64,000 nt of DNA from Anaerolineae bacterium (GCA_034435375.1 DAOTXR010000037.1:76280-140279), one strand, 5' to 3'; counted from the stretch's first letter, positions 1 to 10,507 are shown. Notes: generated by a model from the letters alone, not told the origin. Made by a program: numbers and translations.

Positions 1-833
1 ACATAGGGATCGTAGAGATAGGGCGACTGTACCATCCCGGCCAAAAAGGCACACTCAGCTACGGTCAAGCCAGTGGCTGGCTTGCCAAAGTATGTCTGCG
101 AGGCAGCCTCAATGCCATAGGCCAGGTTGCCATAATAGACTTCGTTCAGGTACAGCTCAAGGATTTCATCCTTGCTGTACTGACGGGTCATCACCCATGC
201 CAGGGCTGCCTCTTTGAGCTTGCGACGCAGTGTCTGCTCGTTGCGTTCCTCATAGCTGAACACGATCTGTCGAACGAGCTGTTGGGTGATCGTGCTTCCC
301 CCACTGACGATCTCCCCTTCCGTGATCCACTGCCACGCTGCCCGTGCTATCGATGGCGGGTCAAAACCAGGGTTTTCGTAGAAGGTATCGTCCTCAGTAG
401 CAACCGTTGCCCAGCGCATAGCAAACGGGATACGGTCGAGCGGAACCTCAATGCGGCGGCCTTCGTTGATGACCTCATACAGCAGAATGCCATTGCGATC
501 GTAGATGCGAGTCGTCTGAAAGTCTTCCACGCCGGACATCGACTCCAGCGTGGCCATATCCTGACGAAGCTCTTCGGCCAGCGAGTTGTAGATCACCAGA
601 CCCACAATCAACAGTGAGCCTGTCGCAGCGGCCAGCGCCATTGCTACGATGGCCAGCCCCGTTCGAAAGCATCCCCATCGACCGCCTGGGCGACGTTTGC
701 GCCGCCTGACAGGTCGTGACAGTGGCGGGCTGGGAGGATAAGGATGGAACTCTGGGGATTCGGAAGGCTGGGTGGGCTGCTCGTCGGGCTGCCCGCCCCG
801 AAAGGGTCTACGGTTTACCTCATTCTCTACCAT
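1..833 (-). CDS. Penicillin-binding protein 1A family, N-terminal GT51 transglycosylase part (3' end runs off the window)
   Basis: Absent from the ORF track because it is edge-truncated. My reverse-strand translation starts at ATG 833, with AAGGA about 10 nt upstream. It reads MVENEV..RRRKRRPGGRW, then a TM helix GLAIVAMALAAATGSLLIVGLVIY, then RIPFAMRWATVATEDDTFYENPGFD..GGSTITQQLVRQ..RKLKEAALA..YSKDEILELYLNEVYYG. These are the classic GT51 motifs. Confidence 0.9.
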   Translation of the reverse strand, partial: MVENEVNRRPFRGGQPDEQPTQPSESPEFHPYPPSPPLSRPVRRRKRRPGGRWGCFRTGLAIVAMALAAATGSLLIVGLVIYNSLAEELRQDMATLESMSGVEDFQTTRIYDRNGILLYEVINEGRRIEVPLDRIPFAMRWATVATEDDTFYENPGFDPPSIARAAWQWITEGEIVSGGSTITQQLVRQIVFSYEERNEQTLRRKLKEAALAWVMTRQYSKDEILELYLNEVYYGNLAYGIEAASQTYFGKPATGLTVAECAFLAGMVQSPYLYDPY

Positions 834-1032
834 CGTGCAATTCCTTACCAACTCGGTTCAATCGCGCCCATTGTATCACGCCAGGGGCCGGGGCGACAGA
901 CAGACGTGGATATGCCGATAGGCAGTAAACTAGGCATGAGCTTCTGATTGGAAACCTCAGCACCTCAACGCCTTTTGGGATGTCAACCGGTGGCGAATCA
1001 AGGTTGGGGCAGTTGCTCAGCGCCGTGCTGCT

Positions 1033-1062
1033 TTGCTCGCACACTGCGAACTGTGGTATGAT
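1033..1062 (+). promoter_or_regulatory. Candidate sigma70-type promoter for the metallophosphoesterase gene
   Basis: TTGCTC (1033-1038), an 18-nt spacer with TG at 1054-1055, then TATGAT (1057-1062). It sits about 70 nt upstream of ATG 1130. Pattern match only. Confidence 0.3.
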
Positions 1063-1129
1063 CAGACCAAGACACCGTCAGGGCACGCTGTCCCTCTGCA
1101 TCCTGCTCTGATGCCAAAGGTGAACTGCC

Positions 1130-1870
1130 ATGCGTTACCTGATCATCTCTGACATTCATGCCAACTTGACTGCGTTCCAGGCAGTGCTTGAGGATGCCGG
1201 GACTCTTGGCAAGGACTACGACTTCGTGTGGTGCCTGGGCGATGTCGTAGGCTATGGTCCAGACCCCAACGAATGCGTTGACTTGCTGCGTAGCCTGCCC
1301 CACCTCTGCTTGGCCGGAAATCACGACTGGGCCGCGCTAGGTAGGCTGGATGTGCGCACCTTCAACACCGATGCTCGCAAGGCAGTGACCTGGACGCGCG
1401 AAACCCTCACTGATGCCAACCTGGCCTTTCTGGAGGCGCTGCCCACTACCTTCGTGCTGGGCGACTTTACGCTGGTGCACGGCTCACCCCGTGAACCGGT
1501 GTGGGAATATATCCTCGACCCTTTGGTGGCGGCGTTGAACTTCCCGCATTATGAGACCCCTTACTGCCTGGTCGGGCACACCCACACGCCCGTGATCTTT
1601 AAGTTGGCAAGCCAGAAGGGTGAATGTGAGCCAGTCTCACCCACCTACAATGCCCAAACCCAGCTCGATGGCAAGCGTCAGATCATCAACCCCGGCAGCG
1701 TTGGTCAGCCGCGCGACTCGGACCCACGGGCAGCCTATGCCATCCTCGATGCCGAACGCCAGATGTGGGAGTTCCGACGCATTCCCTACGACATCAAAGC
1801 AGTCCAGGAAAGGATGCGCCAGGCTGCGATGCCGGATCGCCTCGTCACACGCCTGGAGCACGGCTGGTAG
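1130..1870 (+). CDS. Metallophosphoesterase family protein (YfcE/MJ0936-like)
   Basis: The 246-aa ORF carries the calcineurin-like phosphoesterase motifs: MRYLIISDIHAN, GDVVGYGPDP, GNHD, VHGSP, GHTH. Confidence 0.9.
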   Translation: MRYLIISDIHANLTAFQAVLEDAGTLGKDYDFVWCLGDVVGYGPDPNECVDLLRSLPHLCLAGNHDWAALGRLDVRTFNTDARKAVTWTRETLTDANLAFLEALPTTFVLGDFTLVHGSPREPVWEYILDPLVAALNFPHYETPYCLVGHTHTPVIFKLASQKGECEPVSPTYNAQTQLDGKRQIINPGSVGQPRDSDPRAAYAILDAERQMWEFRRIPYDIKAVQERMRQAAMPDRLVTRLEHGW

Positions 1871-1891
1871 CAGACATCTACCCTATTGGAA

Positions 1892-2875
1892 CTATTGCCC
1901 TGGGACATCCTTGGCGCAGCGTGCTCCGGCGTCAAACTCAGCCGTGTCTGCTGGCAGACGGGCATCACCGTTTCGATTGGCCGAGCGATTGCGGAAAGCC
2001 ATATTCCAAAACGACCCGCCACGCGCGATGCGCCAGCGCCCTTCGTTCTCCTCGGGGCCAGGGGGATTGGCATAGGGTGAGCGCGTGTAGTAATCCGGCG
2101 CGTAAACATCCTGCACCCACTCATAGACGTTGCCTGCCATATCGAGCACGCCATACGGGCTGGCCCCCAGCGGATAGCTGCCAACCGGCGCTGTGGTGTA
2201 GCGTGGCCTGGCGTCGAAGGTACCATCCGGCCACAGGAAGTTCAGTAGATCAGGCGTGGGGTCCTCGTTGCCCCATGGATAACGGCGTCCATCAGTTCCA
2301 CGTGCAGCCTTCTCCCACTCAGCCTCGGTAGGCAGCCGCGCTCCGCGCCATGTGCAGTAGTCGAGCGCATGGTACCAGTTAAGCCAGATCACAGGGTAGT
2401 CATCATACTCTGGGTTGCCGTAGTACCAGGGCCAGATCGACTCGGCTATCTGCTTATTGCAGCAGTCGAAGCGAGCCGGTGGCTCACATGCCCCTGCATC
2501 GACGCACGCCCTGTAGTTGCGGTTGGTCACTTCCAGCAGATCGATGTAGAAGGCATCCAGATAGACGGTATGAATCGGCAGTTCGTCGCTAAAGCCCTCA
2601 TCGCTGCCCATGATAAATTCACCCGCCGGGACAAGCACCATCTCGGTGCCATGCTCGTCGATGATGCGCTCCGGCAGCGGTGTAGGGGAGGGTGTGAACG
2701 TCGCTGTCGGCGTATTGGTCGGCGTGGAGGTAGGCGACGGCATAGCCGTCGCGGTGGCAGTCACGGCAACCGGAGGCTCAACAAGTAAATCGGCGGAGGC
2801 TGTCTGACTCGCGCCAGTGCAGGCCACAAGCAGCAGGGCGAGATAGATCGGGAGGAAGGTTCTCAGATAGAGCAT
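1892..2875 (-). CDS. Formylglycine-generating-enzyme (SUMF1/FGE) domain lipoprotein
   Basis: The C-terminal FGE-sulfatase-type domain shows YRVNWY-like core, RGGSFWN and RSANRN. The N-terminal signal ends in the lipobox LLVAC and is followed by a Pro/Thr-rich linker. I prefer ATG 2875 (GGAG 6 nt upstream) over the track's GTG 2911. Confidence 0.85.
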   Translation of the reverse strand: MLYLRTFLPIYLALLLVACTGASQTASADLLVEPPVAVTATATAMPSPTSTPTNTPTATFTPSPTPLPERIIDEHGTEMVLVPAGEFIMGSDEGFSDELPIHTVYLDAFYIDLLEVTNRNYRACVDAGACEPPARFDCCNKQIAESIWPWYYGNPEYDDYPVIWLNWYHALDYCTWRGARLPTEAEWEKAARGTDGRRYPWGNEDPTPDLLNFLWPDGTFDARPRYTTAPVGSYPLGASPYGVLDMAGNVYEWVQDVYAPDYYTRSPYANPPGPEENEGRWRIARGGSFWNMAFRNRSANRNGDARLPADTAEFDAGARCAKDVPGQ

Positions 2876-2921
2876 GGTCATCTCCGAAATTGAGGACTTG
2901 TTCAGGCGCACCGCCTCTGTG

Positions 2922-5018
2922 TCACCTGCGCCTCCACAGACGCAGCCCGATCAGTCCCACGCCGATCGCAACCACAAGCGCAATCCCTGTCACCCACAAC
3001 GGAGAAAGGTTGCCAGTAGACACTTGCTCATCCAAAGTCGTAGGTCCCTGAGTTGACAAAACCGCCGGCGTGGCTGTCGGAGGAGGCGATGTGCTTGTTG
3101 GTTCCAACAGAGGCAATCGCGTGGCTGTCGGCTCTGGCTGCACTGTCGGGGGCAGGATCTGGATGGCGATTATCACACCGTCATGATCAGATGAGCGCAG
3201 CGGGCTGCCTGTGTCTTGTGCAAAATCGAGAGGCGCATCGGCATTGCCCCGGCTGTATTCGACCCGCACGACAAAGCGATCCAAGGTTTGTGTAGTCAGG
3301 ATATGGTCGAAGCTCTCAGCGCTTCCATCATAGATCGTCGAATAGCGCTCAGATGGATCGACCCGTAGGACGGTCTGGATCAGAAGGTCCGGTTCCACCC
3401 AGTCCTGATCGGGCCACCACATGGCTCTGGCCATTGATCCATCAGGAGAGACCACCGTCCCAGCGATGATCGGCACAATGGGCGCAATACCGTCGTTGAA
3501 AGGTGGGGCGTTGAAGTCGCCCACGACAACCAGATGAGCATCTGGATCATCCTCCTGGCGGGCCTGAACGTAGTGAGCCAGGTAGAGCGCCTCCTGATAA
3601 CGCTGCTCCTGATTGCGGGCAAGTTCGCTATCGAGATATGACCTGTTGTGCACATTGATGACTGTGATCGGGAAGGCTGTGTCCAGGGAAGTCAAGATCG
3701 CCTCAAGTACCAGTGGAGGTCGTGCAAACAACCTCTCCGGCGCAGAGCCATCTGACGGAGTGAACATCTCATCCACGCCAATCTGGGATACGGAGAGCAC
3801 CTGCTGCGTGCTACGCACCAGGTAGGCATTGTCGATGCCACGCTCATCATAGCCCTCGATGAGGTACGCTGCATAGAGGATGCCGCAGCGTGCTTGGATG
3901 GCGCTCACCAGATCGGGCATGGCCGCGTCAGGATGATCCAACACCTCCATTTTCTCGACTTCCTGCAAAGCCACGACGTCCGGGGTGCGCAGTACGTCAC
4001 AGACCTGCGCTGCCAGTTTGTTGAGGCGATGCTCATATTCCTCCGGTGTCGGCGTATCGGCGATGTCATCTTTGCCGGGATCATCCAGAGGATCGAATAA
4101 ATTGAGCACATTTTGCGAGGCAATAGTCAGTTCCCCGGACTGGGGAAACGAGACCGGGCGGGGCAAGCTTAGGCTAAAGGTGGCGTCAACGGTGAGCGTC
4201 CCGGCGAGCGGCCACATCTGGTAGCGACCGAAGCGGTAAACCACTGGCCCGGCAGCGCTGATCTGCGCACCGGTCACTACAGCCGCCTCTAAGTCCGCAA
4301 AATCTGTGCTGCGGGCGCCGCCGCCGAATCCGATCTCGAACACTTCCGGGTTGTTGTCGAACAACTCAACAGCGGGCGGCTCGCCCTGGGCTGGATATGG
4401 GAAACCCGGCTCTCGGAACGGCCTGGGGTGCCCTAACACGACCGGGACCTCTAGCTCTTCACGAAGCTGGCCCGCGTAATAGCGCACTGGCGGTCCCGTA
4501 GCTGTCGCCCCCACAATCTGGACCAGCATTCCCTCATAAGCCTCAAAGGCTGACAGTGTGTCGTTCGTAGTGCCAGGAAACGGTCCTTCAATTAGCTGCA
4601 AGGCCGGGATCGGCCCCCTGCCCGTGATCGCCAGCGACAGACCCTGGCGACTGAACTCAGTCATGCCGTAGTACTCGGCCACCCTGCCGCTGACCGTCAC
4701 AATGTCGCCGCACTGGACGGCGGGCAGCCCACCGGTGTAGACAAAAATGCCATCAGACGTGGCTGGATCGCCGTCGGTGTGTTCAGGCGAGACCTGCATG
4801 AAGAAGCCGTTCGCCCCTACCGCTGTCACGACGTTGCCCTGGGTTGTCACGAACCGATCAATGTAGGGGGAGCGATCACCTGTCCCCTGGATCTCCCACA
4901 ATTCGACGACATCAGCCTCGGCAGCTCCTGGGCTGGCAGCCAGAAAAATTAGCGCCGAAATGCACCACGAGAACCCCGACCACATACGCGCACTATGCCA
5001 TGTGGTGGTTGCCATCAT
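2922..5018 (-). CDS. ExeM/NucH-type extracellular endonuclease/exonuclease/phosphatase family protein, C-terminally membrane-anchored
   Basis: The N-terminal signal is followed by [20 protein letters not shown], typical of ExeM/NucH nucleases. An EEP core follows ([26 protein letters not shown]). The C terminus has a Pro/Thr linker, a TM helix and RLWRRR. Start taken at ATG 5018 (GGAG 5 nt upstream); the track uses GTG 5042. Confidence 0.85.
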   Translation of the reverse strand: MMATTTWHSARMWSGFSWCISALIFLAASPGAAEADVVELWEIQGTGDRSPYIDRFVTTQGNVVTAVGANGFFMQVSPEHTDGDPATSDGIFVYTGGLPAVQCGDIVTVSGRVAEYYGMTEFSRQGLSLAITGRGPIPALQLIEGPFPGTTNDTLSAFEAYEGMLVQIVGATATGPPVRYYAGQLREELEVPVVLGHPRPFREPGFPYPAQGEPPAVELFDNNPEVFEIGFGGGARSTDFADLEAAVVTGAQISAAGPVVYRFGRYQMWPLAGTLTVDATFSLSLPRPVSFPQSGELTIASQNVLNLFDPLDDPGKDDIADTPTPEEYEHRLNKLAAQVCDVLRTPDVVALQEVEKMEVLDHPDAAMPDLVSAIQARCGILYAAYLIEGYDERGIDNAYLVRSTQQVLSVSQIGVDEMFTPSDGSAPERLFARPPLVLEAILTSLDTAFPITVINVHNRSYLDSELARNQEQRYQEALYLAHYVQARQEDDPDAHLVVVGDFNAPPFNDGIAPIVPIIAGTVVSPDGSMARAMWWPDQDWVEPDLLIQTVLRVDPSERYSTIYDGSAESFDHILTTQTLDRFVVRVEYSRGNADAPLDFAQDTGSPLRSSDHDGVIIAIQILPPTVQPEPTATRLPLLEPTSTSPPPTATPAVLSTQGPTTLDEQVSTGNLSPLWVTGIALVVAIGVGLIGLRLWRRR

Positions 5019-5046
5019 CGCTACTCCATTTGCTAACCCCACAGGG

Positions 5047-6645
5047 TCAAAGCGATGCCAGGAAATACACCAGTACTGCCGTCAACACCACCGGGATCAT
5101 GCCATAGATCAGCATTTTGCCGATCACGCGACCCTCCTGCCCAACCAGGCCAACGGTGGTGCATCCCACGATCACTTTGGCTGGTGCGAACACACTGCCC
5201 AGTCCTGCGCCTGCTGTCTGCGCTGCCAGGATGAGTGTCACACTCAGGCCAAGCAGATCGGCTGTCTGTTTCTGAAGCGCGCCAAACAGCACATTCGAGT
5301 TGGTGTTGCTGCCAGTCATGAAGGCGCCCAACATCCCGATGAATGGCGAGACCAGCGGAAAGGCGACCTTGCCCACACCTTCGCTGATGCCCCGCGCTAG
5401 CAGATTGGTCATTCCGGCGTGGGACATCACCACCGCCATACCGACCATTGCTACGATGCCCAGGCTGGATGTCACTGCGCCCTTGACGACCTTTGTCACG
5501 ATGCGACGGGCAGCCCCGGGTCGGTAGTAACCGGCCTGGGCATAGATCAGGTAGGCAATGATCGAAGCATACAACAACACTGCGCCGGGATGCCCAAACA
5601 GGCTGATCTTGCGCCCCATCTCGGCTGGCGTGACCCACCCATAGGCAGTTGACATCTCAGGGAACTGAGATGTCAGTTCAACTGCGTTGAAGAAGTCGTC
5701 CAACGCAGGAATCAGGTTGATGGCAAAGGCCAGCACGATCAGCACGGCGTAGCCAGAGAGTGCCAGTGGCAGCGAGCGCCTTTTGCCGTCATCAGGAATG
5801 TGAGGGCCTTGTGGACCTGGGCTATCGTTCCGCCCGTTTAAGTTTTCGCCATCGTGGTTTTTGCGATAGAGAGGAAAGCGGGTCAGCCCCACGCCAACCA
5901 CAAGGCCCACTAATGAAGCTCCAGTAGCTCCCAGGGTCCACAGACCGTTGGTCGCCAGGACGTATTGCACTGCTCCCATCACCAGGCTAAGTGCGAGCAG
6001 GGCTGGGATCCCACGCCATAGCGATCCCCAGCCGCCGCTGAGGTAAGCCACTATCGCCCCACTAAAGAATGAGGCTATACCAAGCAGGAGCGCCGCTTCT
6101 GGCGCGATAGCCTCACCCGCCACATTTGTTGCTGCCATTAACGCCAGGAACGATGTGGCAAATGAGCCGAAGGTCACTGCCCAACCGTGCCCCACCGAGG
6201 CCATGATCACGGACCGGACTGGATCAAACCCTAACCCGACCAAGATCGGCGCGACGACAGCCACTGGCACTCCAAAGCCTCCCATTCCCTGCAAAAAGGA
6301 CACGAATACCCAGCTCAGCAGGAGGCCCTGCATCATACGATCGGCAGTCAGTTGGGGAAGCCGTTCTCCGATGACGCGAACTGCACCTGCCTCGTCTGCG
6401 ACATGGAACAGAGCCAATGCCATCCAGATGATGTACAGCACATCGAGCGCGAACAGGATGCTCTTGGCCTGCGCATAGCCGATGAGGAGCGGCCCGGCCC
6501 CGAATCCCACTGTGGCAACAATGACTGCCACAAACCAGCCCGCGGCTCCGGCTTTGCTGCCACTCCAGCGTAGCCCTACCATTGTAACCAGAACAGCAAG
6601 TACGGGTGAGAAGGCGAATAGCCAGTTGAGAAAGGTCAGTTGCAT
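5047..6645 (-). CDS. L-lactate/glycolate permease (LctP family)
   Basis: The 532-aa polytopic membrane protein has an N-terminal and overall pattern typical of the LctP family (MQLTFLNW..SPVLAVLV..). It contains a hydrophilic central loop. Confidence 0.85.
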   Translation of the reverse strand: MQLTFLNWLFAFSPVLAVLVTMVGLRWSGSKAGAAGWFVAVIVATVGFGAGPLLIGYAQAKSILFALDVLYIIWMALALFHVADEAGAVRVIGERLPQLTADRMMQGLLLSWVFVSFLQGMGGFGVPVAVVAPILVGLGFDPVRSVIMASVGHGWAVTFGSFATSFLALMAATNVAGEAIAPEAALLLGIASFFSGAIVAYLSGGWGSLWRGIPALLALSLVMGAVQYVLATNGLWTLGATGASLVGLVVGVGLTRFPLYRKNHDGENLNGRNDSPGPQGPHIPDDGKRRSLPLALSGYAVLIVLAFAINLIPALDDFFNAVELTSQFPEMSTAYGWVTPAEMGRKISLFGHPGAVLLYASIIAYLIYAQAGYYRPGAARRIVTKVVKGAVTSSLGIVAMVGMAVVMSHAGMTNLLARGISEGVGKVAFPLVSPFIGMLGAFMTGSNTNSNVLFGALQKQTADLLGLSVTLILAAQTAGAGLGSVFAPAKVIVGCTTVGLVGQEGRVIGKMLIYGMIPVVLTAVLVYFLASL

Positions 6646-6719
6646 GATGGCCTCGGAAAGAAAATGATCACGTCTGGATCGTATGCGTGTTCAAGAACGC
6701 CATAACCACACTCCGCTCC

Positions 6720-7694
6720 TCAACCGGGGTGGGCAAGTAGCCAGGCTACCGTTTCAACCAGCGTCTCGTCGAGCGGGCGGAAGCTCACACCAAGCTCCGC
6801 GCAGGCGCGACGATGATCGTACCACCAATAATATGACATCAGCCGGGCCTGAGCAGCGTCGAGGGCTGGGAACAGCCCTAGACGTTCCGCTAGATGGGCC
6901 AGCGGTATTCCCACAGACGACGGTAGTTGCAGCAGCAGAGGATGTTTTCCTGTGATGCGCCGCAGGCGGCTAAACAGGTCCGGCAGGGTGATGTTGTGCC
7001 CGGTAGCTAGGTACCTTTGGCCTGGCACACCCCTTGCCATTGCTGCCAAGTGTGCCGCTGCCACATCACGTACATCGGCCAGGCAGATGCCGCCTCCGGT
7101 CACAATCGCCGGAAGTTGGCCATGCAGCCAGGCATCGATCGAACCGCTGGACGAGCGGCGGCGATCGTTCGGCCCCAGGCACAGGCCAGGGTAAAGCCGG
7201 ATCAGGGGCAACCCTCGCGCAAGCGCATCCTCAGCGGCTAACTCGGCCTCGCGCTTGGCGCTCAGGTAAGGAATGTCAAGCAGGTCAGGCACATTGAAAG
7301 TGCCATTCTCGTCAACAGGCTGCGCAGGGTCGATGGCACAGCCGAAGGCAAAGATGCTGCCTGTATATACCACCCGCTCGATACCCAGCTCGAGCGCGGC
7401 CTCGAACAGGTTGACAGCTCCCTCGTAGTTGATGGCGCGGACCTGATCGGCATGGCGCGCCTTGAAGCTGATCCACCCGGCGACATGATAGACATGGTCA
7501 ACCCCTCGAAGCGCACGCCGCAGCGAGTCGCGATCCAGCAAGTCACCCGCAGCGACCTCAACGGGTAGGCCAGTAAGCAACGAGAGATCGCTCTGCGGGC
7601 GTGCCAGCACCCGCAGGTCGCCGGGGTTGGGGTTCATCAGGCGGGCTATCCAGCTTCCCAGAAAGCCAGAAGCGCCAGTGAGCAGAGTAGTCAT
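6720..7694 (-). CDS. NAD-dependent epimerase/dehydratase (extended SDR, dihydroflavonol-reductase/HpnA-like)
   Basis: It has the Rossmann motif TGASGFLGS at the N terminus and the catalytic YxxxK (YLSAK). Length is 324 aa. Confidence 0.85.
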   Translation of the reverse strand: MTTLLTGASGFLGSWIARLMNPNPGDLRVLARPQSDLSLLTGLPVEVAAGDLLDRDSLRRALRGVDHVYHVAGWISFKARHADQVRAINYEGAVNLFEAALELGIERVVYTGSIFAFGCAIDPAQPVDENGTFNVPDLLDIPYLSAKREAELAAEDALARGLPLIRLYPGLCLGPNDRRRSSSGSIDAWLHGQLPAIVTGGGICLADVRDVAAAHLAAMARGVPGQRYLATGHNITLPDLFSRLRRITGKHPLLLQLPSSVGIPLAHLAERLGLFPALDAAQARLMSYYWWYDHRRACAELGVSFRPLDETLVETVAWLLAHPG

Positions 7695-7726
7695 CTAGGG
7701 CCTCAGGGATGGCAAGGGCAGTGCAG

Positions 7727-8941
7727 TCAGTCCGATAACGCTTGTTGGAAGTCGTTTACCAGGTCGTCGGCATCCTCGATCCCAACTGAGAGGCGCAGCA
7801 CGCCCTCCGTGATGCCCTGTGCCTCGCGTTGATCGGGCGTCAAGGCACGATGGGATGCACTGGCAGGATGCAGGATCAGGCTGTAAACGTCGCCCAGGCT
7901 GGTCACCGGCTTGATCAGCCGTAGCTTCTCGACAAAGGCGAAAGCGCCTGCACGATCCACGCCAGCGATCTCAAACGCGATCATGCTGCCAAAGTATCCC
8001 TCACGGAACAAGGCCCGGGCTGCCTCATGGCTCGAGTCGGTGGACAGACCAGGATAGTAAACACGCCGGATTCGCGGCTGCCCGGCAAGCCAGGCTGCGA
8101 CATGTTGTGCGTTGGCACAAGCCTGACGCATCCGCACGGCGAGGGTGCGCAGCCCGCGCAGCGCCAGCCACGTATCGAAGGCGCTGGGCATAGCTCCCAG
8201 CACGCGGCGGTGCTGATAAGCTGCTTGCATGATCTCGACCGGTCCTGCCATAACGCCGCCCAGGACATCGCCGTGACCGTTGAGGAATTTGGTGGTGCTG
8301 TGAACGACAACATCCGCGCCCAGCTCAAGTGGACGCAGCAGAAATGGCGTGGCAAACGAGTTGTCAACCACCAGCTTGGCCCCGACTTCGTGCGCCATCT
8401 GGGCAATAGCGTCCATCCGTATCACACGCACCAGCGGATTGGTGAGCACTTCACAGATCACGCCGTTGGGATGAGTTGTCTCGATAGCTAGACGTGCTGC
8501 CTCTAAGTCGAGGAAGTCAGCGTAATGGACCTTGAGGCCCATAGCTCCCGTCAACCAATCAAGCAGCGTGCGCGTGACACCGTAAAGCTGGCTGGCAGCG
8601 ACCACCGTTCCGCCTGGTGGAATCAGAGCCAGGATCGCAGCGTGGATGGCAGCCATCCCGCTGCTGAAGCTCACCGCGCCCTCTGCGCCTTCCAGCGCTG
8701 CAATGGCCTCCTCGAAAGCGGCCTGATTGGGTGCGCCGTAGCGCGAGTAGACATAGGCATCCGGATCAGCGGGTGAGCTGCCACCTACGTAGCCAAGCGC
8801 TCGGTCGGTGGCATCCATAGTGGGGTGCGTAAACCCGACCGAGGGCACAATCGGTGGAACGCCGGGCGTTGAGTCGCCCAAGGGAGTCTTGCTGCCGGCC
8901 TGTACAGCCAGCGTGTCAAATTTGAGGGCAGTATCGGGCAT
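7727..8941 (-). CDS. Cys/Met-metabolism PLP-dependent enzyme (cystathionine gamma-synthase / O-acetylhomoserine sulfhydrylase / methionine gamma-lyase family)
   Basis: It carries FDTLAVQAG and the PLP-lysine motif STTKFLNGHGDVLGG. Start revised to ATG 8941 (AGGAG upstream). The track's TTG 8980 lies inside the predicted -10 box. Confidence 0.88.
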   Translation of the reverse strand: MPDTALKFDTLAVQAGSKTPLGDSTPGVPPIVPSVGFTHPTMDATDRALGYVGGSSPADPDAYVYSRYGAPNQAAFEEAIAALEGAEGAVSFSSGMAAIHAAILALIPPGGTVVAASQLYGVTRTLLDWLTGAMGLKVHYADFLDLEAARLAIETTHPNGVICEVLTNPLVRVIRMDAIAQMAHEVGAKLVVDNSFATPFLLRPLELGADVVVHSTTKFLNGHGDVLGGVMAGPVEIMQAAYQHRRVLGAMPSAFDTWLALRGLRTLAVRMRQACANAQHVAAWLAGQPRIRRVYYPGLSTDSSHEAARALFREGYFGSMIAFEIAGVDRAGAFAFVEKLRLIKPVTSLGDVYSLILHPASASHRALTPDQREAQGITEGVLRLSVGIEDADDLVNDFQQALSD

Positions 8942-8979
8942 ACAACGCTCCTGGTTAGAGACACACCAAACGCCAGGCA

Positions 8980-9009
8980 ATCATAACCCTTGAGTGGCAC
9001 ACTGGTCAA
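8980..9009 (-). promoter_or_regulatory. Candidate promoter for the transsulfuration gene
   Basis: On the minus strand: TTGACC (9009-9004), an 18-nt spacer, then TATGAT (8985-8980). This predicts a leader of about 30 nt to ATG 8941. Confidence 0.4.
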
Positions 9010-9060
9010 AATCGATGTACAGGATGCCGGGCGTAGGTACTTCGTTGTCCCGTCGCCTGT

Positions 9061-9089
9061 TGGCTGTGTCCAGGCCACATGTTACAATC
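9061..9089 (+). promoter_or_regulatory. Candidate promoter for the glycan-assembly operon
   Basis: TTGGCT (9061-9066), a 17-nt spacer, then TACAAT (9084-9089). It is about 55 nt upstream of the first GT gene. Confidence 0.4.
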
Positions 9090-9142
9090 CTCGGCGGTCC
9101 GCAAGCGTCGGGCCATAAGGCGAAGATTGACCGAGACATGAT

Positions 9143-10507
9143 GTGAGCCACGCACACAATGCCCAGCCATCTGCCATTCTGACAATTGAGGCTGCCAGCC
9201 CCGGCGGTGTTCCGGCGCTGGTCGATGTCGTTGGCAGGTTGATGCGCAAATGGGGCTATGCGCCTACAGTTTATCGCGCCGAGTTTGCCACAGGGGATCT
9301 GACACTGCTGGAGCGTCTGGCCATCACAGTTCGTCGTTGGATACCTCGCTTGGTTGACGAACGCGGTCTGCCAACCGTGCTCGTCCCGGCCCCGCCGTTG
9401 CCCCTATGGCTTTTTTACGTTGTACCACACTTCCTTTTCGGTCGATTGTTGGGACAACACCGGGCGATTTTTGTCGTGTCAGGGAGTGCCCATGTTGCGC
9501 TACCGCTGGCATTGCGCGGGATTCCCTACATCTTATGGATTGCCACCACCTATCAGGACGAGTTGGAGGCCAAGGCCGCCGCAGGCGACCACTGGGCGGA
9601 GCGAGTGCTGGCCAGCCCTACCTGGCGACTTCTGGATGCCCAGGAGAGATTGGCGTTGCGATGTGCACATCGTGTGTTGGCTCTGAGCTACCACACGGCG
9701 GAGCGCATTAAGACCATGACAGCGGATACTGTCAACTATGTCGAAACGGTGCTGTTTCCCATCGACACGACGCGCTACCGGCCCAACCCTGCGGTGCGCG
9801 CCAGCAGCCCCTACGGCGAATACCTGTTGCTTGCTGCGCGGATTAACGATCCACGGAAAAATGTAGGTCTCCTGTTGGAGGCTTTCGCACAGGTTCATAC
9901 CCAGCTTCCTGGCCTGCGGCTGATGCTTGTCGGTGAGGAACCAGGCCCGCTGCTGATCGACCGGGTGGCTGCGCTGGGTCTGGAAGACGCGGTCATCTTT
10001 AGGGGCATTGTCTCGGCTGACGAGCTGCTGCTCCTCTATCAGGGCGCACAGCTTTTCGTGCTACCCTCCACGCAGGAAGGACTGGGGATCGTAGTGCTGG
10101 AGGCCATGGCCTGCGGCACACCAGTCGTAGCGACCCGTTGCGGAGGGCCAGAGGGGATCGTGATCGACGGCGAAACTGGCAGGCTGGTATCCGACTTTCG
10201 CGATCCTACCCCCCTGGCGCGGGCAATGCTTGACCTGCTGAGTAACCCAGACCAGCTTGAACAAATGCGTCAGCGGTGCGTGGAATTTGCTCTCAGTCAT
10301 TTTAGCTTTCCAACTGTGGCAGAGCAGCTACGTGCAGCCTACGAAGATGTGCGGGCTGCACCGCCACGTCCTATTCCCCTGCGGGAATGGCTGTCTGCCA
10401 TCTGGGCTGCTCTGGTGTTCGTCATCTACATGCAGCATCAGATGATCATCCACTGGCCTTCGATCCAGGCGAAGCTGCTCGTGCCACTCCTGAACGCGAT
10501 CCGATGA
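9143..10507 (+). CDS. Glycosyltransferase, GT-B fold (GT4-like) with a C-terminal hydrophobic tail
   Basis: The GT4 C-terminal signature EGLGIVVLEAMACGTPVVATRCGGPEGIV..GETG is present. The tail is WLSAIWAALVFVIY. The GTG start is as in the track. Confidence 0.85.
   Translation: MSHAHNAQPSAILTIEAASPGGVPALVDVVGRLMRKWGYAPTVYRAEFATGDLTLLERLAITVRRWIPRLVDERGLPTVLVPAPPLPLWLFYVVPHFLFGRLLGQHRAIFVVSGSAHVALPLALRGIPYILWIATTYQDELEAKAAAGDHWAERVLASPTWRLLDAQERLALRCAHRVLALSYHTAERIKTMTADTVNYVETVLFPIDTTRYRPNPAVRASSPYGEYLLLAARINDPRKNVGLLLEAFAQVHTQLPGLRLMLVGEEPGPLLIDRVAALGLEDAVIFRGIVSADELLLLYQGAQLFVLPSTQEGLGIVVLEAMACGTPVVATRCGGPEGIVIDGETGRLVSDFRDPTPLARAMLDLLSNPDQLEQMRQRCVEFALSHFSFPTVAEQLRAAYEDVRAAPPRPIPLREWLSAIWAALVFVIYMQHQMIIHWPSIQAKLLVPLLNAIR

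Noticed and set aside
8942-9142. A possible SAM (S-box) riboswitch upstream of the transsulfuration PLP enzyme.
   Set aside because: I read the minus-strand upstream region. The predicted promoter leaves a leader of only about 30 nt. None of the conserved S-box helices or core sequences are present.
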